Source: Entomortierella parvispora E1425
Lineage: Eukaryota; Fungi; Mortierellomycota
Assembly (NCBI GenBank): GCA_020891255.1
Contig: BQFW01000014.1
Location: forward strand, 744,001-808,000
Direction of reading: 5' to 3'
DNA: 64,000 nucleotides
Below are positions 53,601-64,000 of this stretch, one piece after another. The translations under genes were made by a program, and so were the position numbers. The notes beneath the pieces were generated by a model. That model ran no database searches. It was not told the origin of the DNA and saw only the letters and a list, made by a program, of their open reading frames with translations. Position 1 is the first letter of the stretch. Every line of letters begins with the position of its first letter.

Positions 53601-56600
53601 CTGCACAGGCGACGTTGTGGCTTGCTCGGAGCAATTCCCACCTCTCTGTAAGCTTGTTCCCAACAGCGTCTACAAGTGCAACTCCAGGAAGCTGCCTGAG
53701 CTTGTCAAGACCTGTTTCAATGCCGAAGAGTGCGTTGCTGTTATTGATGGTGCATTTTGTGCCAACAAGGATTGCAAGTGCGCCGATGATGGCAACTTCT
53801 GTGGTATCATTTTCCCGATCTCGTGCCGTCTCCCTGCCTCCACTATCTATAGCTGCAAGAAGGGACAAGATCCCGTACCTATCAAGAACTGTGAACCTGG
53901 CACTTGTTCGTCTTCTGCTGCAACCAACCAGGCTGCTGATGTCTTTGGCGACGACAAATGTATTTCTGATTGCGTGTGTGTAGGCAGAGGAAAGGTACGT
54001 GTCTTGAAATAATCTCGGACATCTTCATATCCAGTAGACCCTCGTAGACTGACAAGAAGTCTCTCTTTCTTGAACAGGTCTGTGGCTCCACCTTCTCCCC
54101 CAAGTGTGGATTGGATGCCAACCGCATCTACCAATGCGACGGTTCTGGCGCACACCCCAAACCACTTGATACCTGTAAAGACAAGTGCATTTCTCAAGCT
54201 GGTGGTGCCATTTGCTCTGATCCCAGCGACAAATGTTTGTGCCCCATCAGTGCCAGCGGAAGGCCAGTCTGTGGTGGCAGTCTAGATCCTTCTTGTGATG
54301 CAGATCCCGCGGCCATCTATCATTGTCCGAATGGCGATGGATCCCGTCCCGAGATTCTCAAGAAGTGTCTCCCTGGAACGCAATGCACAAACTACAATGG
54401 CGATGCCAACTGCGGCTACACAACTTGTACCTGCACAGGCGACGTTGTGGCTTGCTCGGAGCAATTCCCACCTCTCTGTAAGCTTGTTCCCAACAGCGTC
54501 TACAGGTGCAGCTCCAACAAGGTGCCTGAGCTTGTCAAGACCTGCGCAAGTGCCGAAGAGTGCGTTGCTGTTATTGATGGTGCAATTTGTGCCAACAAGG
54601 ACTGCAAGTGCGCTGATGATGGCAACTTCTGTGGTATCATTTTCCCGATCTCGTGCCGTCTCCCTGCCTCCACTATCTATAGCTGCAAGAAGGGAGAGGA
54701 TCCTGTACCTATCAAGAACTGTGAACCTGGTACCTGCTCATCTTCTGCTGCAACCAACCAGGCTGGTGATGTTTTTGGCGACGACAAATGTATTTCTGAC
54801 TGCGTGTGTGTTGGTAGAGGAAAGGTATGAGCATCGGCCTTAAAAAAATCATGCTGTATGAAGCATCCATCAACAACTTCCAGCGGCTGACAAAAAAAAA
54901 AACACTTTTTTCATAGGTCTGTGGCTCTACCTTCTCCCCCAAGTGTGGATTGGATGCCAACCGCGTCTACCAATGCGACGGTTCTGGCGCACACCCCAAA
55001 CCACTTGATTTCTGTAAAGACAAGTGCATTTCTCAAGCTGGTGGTGCCATTTGCTCTGATCCCAGCGACAAATGTTTGTGCCCCATCAGTGCCAGCGGAA
55101 GGCCAGTCTGTGGTGGCAGTCTAGATCCTTCTTGTGATGCAGATCCCGCGGCCATCTATCATTGTCCGAATGGCGACGGATCCCGTCCCGAGATTCTCAA
55201 GAAGTGTCTCCCTGGAACGCAATGCACAAACCACCATGGCGACGCCAACTGCGGCTACACAACTTGTACCTGCACTGGAGACGTTGTGGCTTGCTCGGAG
55301 CAATTCCCGCCTCTTTGTAAGCTTGTTCCCAACAGTGTCTACAAGTGCAACTCCAGGAAGCTGCCTGAGCTTGTCAAGACCTGTTCCAATGCCGAAGAGT
55401 GCGTTGCTGTTATTGATGGTGCAATTTGTGCCAACAAGGATTGCAAGTGCGCCGATGATGGCAACTTCTGTGGTATCATTTTCCCGATTTCTTGCCGTCT
55501 CCCTGCTTCGACCATTTATAGCTGCAAGAAGGGACAAGATCCTGTACCTATCAAGAACTGTGAACCTGGCACTTGTTCGTCTTCTGCTGCGACCAACCAG
55601 GCTGGCACTGTTTTTGGAGACGACAAATGTATCACTGACTGCGAGTGCGTCTGCGTGAGCAAAGGAAAGGTATGTGCATCAGTCTTCAACAGGAATGCAC
55701 GAAAGATCTGCTATGGATCTTGGATACTGACAAAAAAACTCTTTCTTCAATAGGTCTGTGGCTCCACCTTCTCCTCAAAGTGTGGTTTGGATGCAAACAC
55801 CATCTACCAATGCGACAATACCGGCACAGTTCCCAAGCCAATTGAGATTTGTAAAGAGGACTGTATCAATCAAGCCGGTGGTGCTTTTTGCTCAGATCCC
55901 AAGGACAAATGCCTGTGCCCGATCAGTGCCAACGGAAAGCCAGTCTGTGGTAGCAGTCTTGATCCGTCCTGCAATGCCGAGCCCACGTACATCTATCATT
56001 GTCCCAACGGCGATGGAACCCGTCCCGAGGTCCTTGTGAGGTGTCACTCTGGAATGTTATGTAAGCGGGACAGTGATGGCAATGCCGAGTGCGTCCCCCC
56101 TGACGATCCCACACATCCCCCTACAATCCGCCCCACAGACCCTCCAACTACGACCACCTCGTCCATTGCACCTGATCCCACGGTTGGGCCTGACTGCCTC
56201 CATCTGATTAAGCCCATCAAGGATCTGATCGACACCGCCATTGCAACCATCGACGCTTTCCCAGTGCCGGAGGAGGTAGCGGAGCTCCTCAAGTTGGCTT
56301 TGGGCAGTACCTTGAAAGACTACTTGAACAATGGTGCCGGTGGTATTGGAGTAGCAGCAGCAACGTTGGCGGTCACGCTTCCTCGGGTCGTTGAGATCCT
56401 CCAAAACGCTCAGGGTTCATTGGATGATTTGGGCCTCACGAAACCATTCCTTGATGTTCTTTATCACACATTGAATCAGTTCGCCAAACTCTTTGGTGAT
56501 TTCGCCGCTTGTACGGGAGCCAAACCGGATTGTACTGGATTGGTAGTTATTACCGGATATACAGTCAAGATCAGTTGGCCCATCCTGAAGAAAATGCTCG

Positions 56601-59600
56601 CTATCAAGGTTCCACGTAAGGACTACCCTATTGATATATCTTGTCCGGTTTTTTTTTCTCTCTCTATCGGGCTAACAATGAGGGACTCCCCTCTTTTTTG
56701 TTATGTCTGCGTAGCAACGGCCATTCTATTTGATTTGCTGCAGCCCACCATCGATGGCATTTCCAACAACTTGATCAAAGGCAATGATGCGGGCATTTCT
56801 ACCTTCTTGGACATGCTTTCCAGTCCACTCGTTGCTCCTTTGAAAACCTTGCCAAAGATCGAGGCAATTTTCAATATCCTCAAGCCGATCCTCCAGCTTG
56901 TCAAGGACTGCAAAGAGTCGGAATGGAAAACCAAGACCCCTGATCCTACTGTCCCGCCCACAAATCCTCCTACGGACCCACCCACAAACGTCCCTACAAG
57001 CCGTCCTACAGATCCACCCACAAACATCCCTACAAGCCGTCCTACAGATCCACCCACGAACGTCCCCACAAGTGGTCCCACCGATCCACCAACGAACATC
57101 CCCACAAGTCGCCCTACAGACCCACCAACAAACATCCCAACCGCAACAACTCCAATTGTACCCACTCCGACAACTTCGCCCAACTGTCTCGCCCTGATCA
57201 AGCCAATTACAGATTTGATCCAGACAGTCATCGGTCTGATTGATACTTTCCCAATGCACGCGGAGGTTGCTCAACTTCTCAAGTTGGCCTTGGGCAGTAA
57301 CCTGACGGACTATTTGAATAGCGGTGTTGATGGCGTAGGACAGGTGGCAGCGACGTTGGCGGTCACGCTTCCCCAGATCGTAGCCGTCCTTCAAGGTGCT
57401 ACAAACTCTCTGGATATCTTGGGTCTTACCAAACCCTTCCTCGATGTTCTGTATAGTACATTGAATCAATTCGCCGCACTCTTTGGTGACTTTGCAGCCT
57501 GTACGGGAGCCAAACCGGACTGCACAGGACTAGTTGTGATTGCAGGATACGCGATCAAGATCGGATGGCCTATTCTGAGAGCCGATCTTGCTATCAAGGC
57601 GCCACGTAAGACCATTGCCTCTTGAGATTGTCTTGTCCGGTTTGTTTCTGCGACATGTGGCTGACAACGACTTTTTTTTTTTTTTTTTGTAATTACATAG
57701 CGTCGGTCGCCTTGTTCATCTTGTTGCAACCTCTGGTGGATAGTATTACGGCTAACCTGATCGCGGGCAACGATGCTGGCGTCACGGACTTTTTGAACAT
57801 GCTCATCAGCCCGCTTGCAGCTCCATTGAAAGCATTGCCACTGGTCGGTCCCATTTTCGACATCCTCACACCTATCCTGAACCTCATCAAGAACTGCAAC
57901 ACTGTCCTACCCACAAACATCCCTACAGACCCCCCAACAAGCCTTCCTACCAATGTTCCTACGGACCCACCAACAAACATCCCCACAAGTCGCCCTACAG
58001 ACCCACCAACAAACATCCCAACCGCAACAACTCCAATTGTACCCACTCCGACAACTTCGCCCAACTGTCTCGCCCTGATCAAGCCAATTACAGATTTGAT
58101 CCAGACAGTCATCGGTCTGATTGATACTTTCCCAATGCACGCGGAGGTTGCTCAACTTCTCAAGTTGGCCTTGGGCAGTAACCTGACGGACTATTTGAAT
58201 AGCGGTGTTGATGGCGTAGGACAGGTGGCAGCGACGTTGGCGGTCACGCTTCCCCAGATCGTAGCCGTCCTTCAAGGTGCTACAAACTCTCTGGATGTCT
58301 TGGGTCTTACCAAACCCTTCCTCGATGTTCTGTATAGTACATTGAATCAATTCGCCGCACTCTTTGGTGACTTTGCAGCCTGTACGGGAGCCAAGCCCAA
58401 CTGCACTGGACTAGTTGTGATTGCAGGATACGCGATCAAGATCGGATGGCCTATTCTGAGAGCCGATCTTGCTATCAAGGCGCCACGTAAGACCATTGCC
58501 TCTTGAGATTGTCTTGTCCGGTTTGTTTCTGCAACATGTGGCTGACAACGACCTTTTTTTTTTTTTTTTGCAATTATAGCATCGGTCGCCTTGTTCATAT
58601 TGTTGCAACCTCTGGTGGACAGTATTACGGCCAACCTGATCGCGGGCAACGACGCTGGCGTTACGGACTTTTTGAACATGCTGATTAGCCCGCTTGCAGC
58701 TCCATTGAAAGCATTGCCACTGGTCGGTCCCATTTTCGACATCCTCACACCTATCCTGAACCTCATCAAGAATTGCAGCACTGTCCTACCCACAAATCTT
58801 CCTACAAATCTTCCTACAAACATCCCTACAGACCCCCCAACAAGCCTTCCTACCAATGTTCCTACGGATCCACCAACAAACATCCCCACAAGTCGCCCTA
58901 CAGACCCACCAACATTTGTCCCAACCGCAACAACCGCAATTGTACCTACTCCGACGGCTTCGCCCAACTGTCTCGCCCTGATCAAGCCAATTACAGATTT
59001 GATCCAGACAGTCATCGGTCTGATTGATACTTTCCCAATGCACGCGGAGGTTGCTCAACTTCTCAAGTTGGCCTTGGGCAGTAACCTGACGGACTATTTG
59101 AATAGCGGTGTTGATGGCGTAGGACAGGTGGCAGCGACGTTGGCGGTCACGCTTCCCCAGATCGTAGCCGTCCTTCAAGGTGCTACAAACTCTCTGGATG
59201 TCTTGGGTCTTACCAAACCTTTCCTCGATGTTCTGTATAGTACATTGAATCAATTCGCCGCACTCTTTGGTGACTTTGCAGCCTGTACGGGAGCCAAACC
59301 GGACTGCACAGGACTAGTTGTGATTGCAGGATACGCGATCAAGATCGGATGGCCTATTCTGAGAGCCGATCTTGCTATCAAGGCGCCACGTAAGACCATT
59401 GCCTCTTGAGATTGTCTTGTCCGGTTTGTTTCTGCAACATGTGGCTGACAACGACCTTTTTTTTTTTTTTTGTAATTACATAGCATCGGTCGCCTTGTTC
59501 ATATTGCTGCAACCTCTGGTGGACAGTATTACGGCTAACCTGATCGCGGGCAACGACGCTGGCGTTACGGACTTTTTGAACATGCTCATCAGCCCGCTTG

Positions 59601-60570
59601 CAGCTCCATTGAAAGCATTGCCACTGGTCGGTCCCATTTTCGACATCCTCACACCTATCCTGAACCTCATCAAGAACTGCAACACTGTCCTACCCACAAA
59701 CATCCCTACAGACCCCCCAACAAGCCTTCCTACCAATGTTCCTACGGACCCACCAACAAACATCCCCACAAGTCGCCCTACAGACCCACCAACATTTGTC
59801 CCAACCGCAACAACCGCAATTGTACCTACTCCGACGGCTTCGCCCGACTGTCTCGCCCTGATCAAGCCAATTACAGATTTGATCCAGACAGTCATCGGTC
59901 TGATTGATACTTTCCCAATGCACGCGGAGGTTGCTCAACTTCTCAAGTTGGCCTTGGGCAGTAACCTGACGGACTATTTGAATAGCGGTGTTGATGGCGT
60001 AGGACAGGTGGCAGCAACGTTGGCGGTCACGCTCCCCCAGATCGTAGCCGTCCTTCAAGGTGCTACAAACTCTCTGGATGTCTTGGGTCTTACCAAGCCC
60101 TTCCTCGATGTTCTGTATAGTACATTGAATCAATTCGCCACACTCTTTGGTGACTTTGCAGCCTGTACGGGAGCCAAGCCCAACTGCACTGGACTAGTTG
60201 TGATTGCAGGATACGCGATCAAGATTGGATGGCCTATTCTGAGAGCTGACCTTGCTATCAAGGCACCACGTAAGATCCCATCGCCAATCCAGTTTGCTGT
60301 AGACCGCCCTCCTGATTGACTGACAACGAACCTTCTTTTTTTCCTGGTTGTGAATATATAGCGTCGGTGGCCTTGTTCATTTTATTGCAGCCTTTAGTCG
60401 ACAGCATCACTGCCAACATGATCGCGGGCAACGATGCAGGCATCACGGACTTTTTGAACATGCTCGTCAGCCCGCTCGCTGCTCCATTGAGAGCGTTGCC
60501 ACTGGTTGGTCCTATCTTCAACATCCTTACGCCGATCATAAACCTCGTCAAGAACTGCCCTAAATCCTAG
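50637..60570 (+). CDS. Giant (~2950 aa) secreted modular repeat protein of unknown family
   Basis: Exons 50637-50859, 51016-52316, 52419-53156, 53248-53994, 54078-54824, 54917-55669, 55754-56615, 56715-57605, 57701-58486, 58580-59389, 59484-60269 and 60362-60570 total 8853 nt and join in one frame with GT-AG introns. Signal peptide MRLLASRLSAYVAIASIICLSTTFA. Confidence 0.85.
51586..56095 (+). repeat. Tandem ~830-840-bp exon+intron units, each encoding four 8-Cys modules
   Basis: Exon starts at 52419, 53248, 54078, 54917 and 55754 (periods 829, 830, 839, 837 bp) with near-identical sequence. Confidence 0.95.
56180..60570 (+). repeat. Five tandem ~880-1000-bp units encoding a helical domain plus PT-rich minisatellite linker
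   Basis: CLALIKPITDLIQTVIG..FGDFAACTGAKPDCTGL..KAP|PSVALF..NLIKNC is repeated. Linkers are built from PTSRPTDPPTN 36-bp-type units. Confidence 0.95.
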
Positions 60571-61673
60571 ACGGTGCGCATGCAGAATGGGCGTCTGTGG
60601 ATACCAGTGAGGATTGATGGTGGGTTGATGGTGGATTTTTTTATTCTTCACTTTTTTTTTCGTTCATTTTTGATACCCAGATTGGATTTGCCAATTTCTT
60701 TCTTTTTCTCGTCATACTGCGTGCCACCTTCATATCCACATAAACAACATCAATAAAAACCTCCTATTGGTGACGTTGATGTTCCGGTGTGGCCCTGTTT
60801 GATGCTCAAGACGATTGCTGACACGTCAAGGCAAGACTCATACCATGCCTCAGGGAGCTGTAGCGCAATGAGTTGGACTATATAGCTTTCCCCTTGAGAA
60901 TACCTTCATCTCAATGTGCCAGGAGCGAGATTTCATGTCCTTTGAAGATAAGGCGCAAGTTGTCGGCCAAGCCTTCGTAAATGTACAGCATGGCGATAGA
61001 TCTGGATCAAAGACAAGAAAACAATGGCCAAAGTAGTATCCGTGCCATCACCATTCTCGACTCAGTTGCGACGCTGACTACAGGCAGATGATTATTCCCG
61101 CATACTTGTTATTCCTGTTATTTCTACTGTATTTCTGCTGGTGAGTTAGCCTGTGTCCAGAACAGCATTCCTAATAGTCATTCGATCTGTTTTGATGTAT
61201 CTCGGCAATATTTTTTGGTTCCTAGACTGCGCACGATACGACGATCCAACTGTTCATTGAAATCCTCGTGGTCTTTCAAAAGAATTCATAAAGCATGGTG
61301 GTCCAGTCGCCGTTGATTTCCCAGAAGATGAGGCCCTTGGTCGCTGTAGTCCTGTTGATAGACCTCCATGTCTGTTGGGGCTCTCTATCATAATGACAAC
61401 CTTTGAAGGCTGCCCAACTGGAAGCTATCTTGCCAAAATAGCAAAAAGGTCTCTCCCTGAAGGCTGCACGTTGCTACGCAATGTGAATGGGCAACACATG
61501 CATGAGCAAAGGCAATGGTACTTGTGCGTGCGTGTGGGTGTGCATGTCGTCAAATGGAGGAAAAGCGCGCTCGTCGCCTCGAACCTCCGTTTTCTACAAA
61601 ATGGGTGGCTTAGCTTCCAAGGCCAACACCATGGCTTAATCCTTCTCTCCTTGAAGCTTGTTCACATTTCGCC

Positions 61674-64000
61674 ATGGAGAGCAGGATCACGCGTCGCACA
61701 AGTGCCTCGACCGCAGACACTCGGAACACCTCCACTTCAGCGACACAGTCTCTGGAAGATGCACAACCTGTAGGAGCTTCAGCGGCTACAGGCAGGGGAA
61801 GTCGCTCTCCAAGGAAACCGCGTCGTGGAACAGGACGCCCTAGAGGTCGCCCTCGTGGAAGTACGCGTAAATCTCCAAAGAATGAGGGCCGTCCCATTCC
61901 TGAGGAGGACAATGCACCTCGCCCACTGGCTCAGGAAGTTAGCGATTCGCCAGATTCCGGCAGCGATGACGAAGATCAGGCTCATTCAACAAAAGGCGCA
62001 TCTGTGCAACAATCTCAGACGGCCCAGGAAGTAACACAGGAAGAGGACTCTGGCGCAGCTAGAAGTGGTTCTCGGATGTCTGATGTTCAGGTCTACGAGG
62101 AAATGGATGATCTGCCATTCATATCGCCGTCATTACCGCCAACTTTCGTTTCGAAGAGTGTTACCAATCTTCAGGAGGATACTCTGTCGACAACAGCCTC
62201 CGTTTCAAAGGCTCAAAGTGTACAATCCAAAGGATTTTTGGACGAGGATGTCTATAACGAGCTCTCCATTGGAGGCACGGAGCGGATAGCGGAGGTATTC
62301 CTTCACAAAAGAGGCATCTTGGAGGGAACACTGCCAGCAAGTTCAGCAAACATCGACGCGACCCCTGGCTCATCGCTACCCAAAAAACGAAAGCTATCGA
62401 CTTCAATATCGAAACTACCCAACCAACCTCCACAGAGCGAAAAAGGAAAGAATGTACAGCAGCAACAAGAAACGGAGCAAACCACCGCACCTTCATCCGC
62501 TGCATCGACTTCAACTAGCGCACCTGGACAGAAATCATACCAGCTCTCAGATTTGGTGGCGTCTGTTAATTCATACGGCCCTGAACTTACCACAGCGTTG
62601 CGAAACCTGGAGGCGACTCCAAAGCCAGTACAGATCACTGTGCCGCATCCAACCATCCAGCCCAAACAGCCTGCTGGACTCTTGGATATGGATCCACCTT
62701 CGACCCGCTTTCATCACCCTTGCATCTTTTCACACGACAACCGCTCCATGCTCACCCGAGACGAGCATAGGCGGATGCTCATGTACGAGGCTGTGGTTCG
62801 TAAGCGACTTCCGGGAATGTCAGCTGAAGACAAGGCTCTCTGTGCTGAAATTCAAGCAAAGGTGGAAGAAGAGCGCCAGAGAGTTTCTCAGTGGAATTCA
62901 GCTACCGTTCGATCCAGGATATCCAACTACTTCAACCCAGCGATCCGAGATGCCCTAGAAATGAAGTGGTGTCGAGGGAGAACCCGAGTGAAGGAGGATT
63001 ATCCTCAAAACTATGGATTTCTTCATACTGTTGGATTGCGGCGACCAGGCGTGACCGGAGTCAAAGAGCCCTTCATGACTCGAGCAGTACCGAAGAAGGT
63101 CGAGGATAGCACAAGAGGTGACACTTTGACCGCGGATCAACGACAACGCGGCTTGTTGCACAGAACAGGAGATATTTGCCCCGTCTCTCTGGCAAAGCCA
63201 ATATGGCCAACAGATGAAAACGGAGTACCTTTCGAAAAGACAATTGACGTGGATGATCGATATTGGCGAATGAGCGCAACAACCGCTGAACAGCCTACTA
63301 CAGAAAACGTCAAGACAGGACGAGATAAACGACGCGGGCAGTTACCTGTCAAGAGACAAGTAGTGGCGGTGTCGAACGATCCTCTCGCTCGACAATTTGT
63401 GAGGGAGCAGAATATCACTATCGCCATTGGTGCAAGTGCCATGGTCGCATTAGCAAAAACTCTTCCAAATTTGACGGCCGAGTGGGAGATACCTGTCAAA
63501 GTAGTGATGGAGCCAGATGAGGAAGGTAAGTAACCGAAGGCACGAACCATCTGGCAATTCTATGATGACTTGCATGTCTAACTTTTTGTAATATATGATA
63601 GGGAATATGAAGAAGAGAGTCTACGTCGATAAGCCTCTGATACCAAAGCGAATGACAAGATTGGCTGCGACCCAGCAGTTTTATGATGGTGTTTGTAAGA
63701 AACTTGCACTCATAGGCTTGTCGTCCACGGATGTCAGCGTGCTTTCACAACCTGCACAACGATCAACAGCGTTAAGTTCTGAGCTCACAGAGCCGCAAAA
63801 ACTACGAGTGATCGCCAACGATGCTGTCGAACCCTCACAGTCTTCCGTAGTTTCAGAAGCTGACTCGCAAACAACGGAATCACCTGCAACGGCGTCAACC
63901 TCGGTCTCTACTGATAAGCAGGGAAGTGAAGAGGGGACTCTTGGAAGTCACACGGAAACATTGGGCGCACCCAGTTGCCATAATCTCGAATATTCCCTGT
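61674..64000 (+). CDS. ICE2/NARG2-like protein (little elongation complex subunit 2-like) with AT-hook; 3' end outside window
   Basis: 619-aa first exon with GRPRGRPRG. EWEIPVKVV..|..KRVYVDKPLIPKRMT..QQFYD spans intron 63526-63601 and resembles the remembered NARG2 motif WEIPV..IYINSPLP..MT..QIFH. Confidence 0.55.

Overview
Intron-rich eukaryotic DNA from an early-diverging fungus. Gene content, short GT-AG introns and GPI-type chitin deacetylases suggest Mortierellaceae/Mucoromycota (inference). About 17 protein-coding loci and one tRNA-Asp(GTC) are present: mitochondrial LeuRS (5'-truncated), ALDH8A1-like dehydrogenase, an ABCC transporter that appears pseudogenised (two frame breaks plus an in-frame TGA at an Arg position), phospholipase C, La protein, a C2H2 factor, a zinc-knuckle SR protein, VDAC, a peroxisomal ABCD transporter, a DUF2306-like membrane protein, two tandem CE4 deacetylases, a copper-fist factor, Ran, an ALO/GULO-type FAD oxidase, and a 3'-truncated ICE2/NARG2-like gene. 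The standout is a 12-exon gene at 50637-60570 that splices into a ~2950-aa secreted protein. It has His-rich and acidic segments, ~22 eight-Cys modules and five amphipathic helical domains with Pro/Thr linkers. Both arrays are built from symmetric-phase exon+intron units that are being homogenised. No database searches were run; family calls come from recognised motifs.
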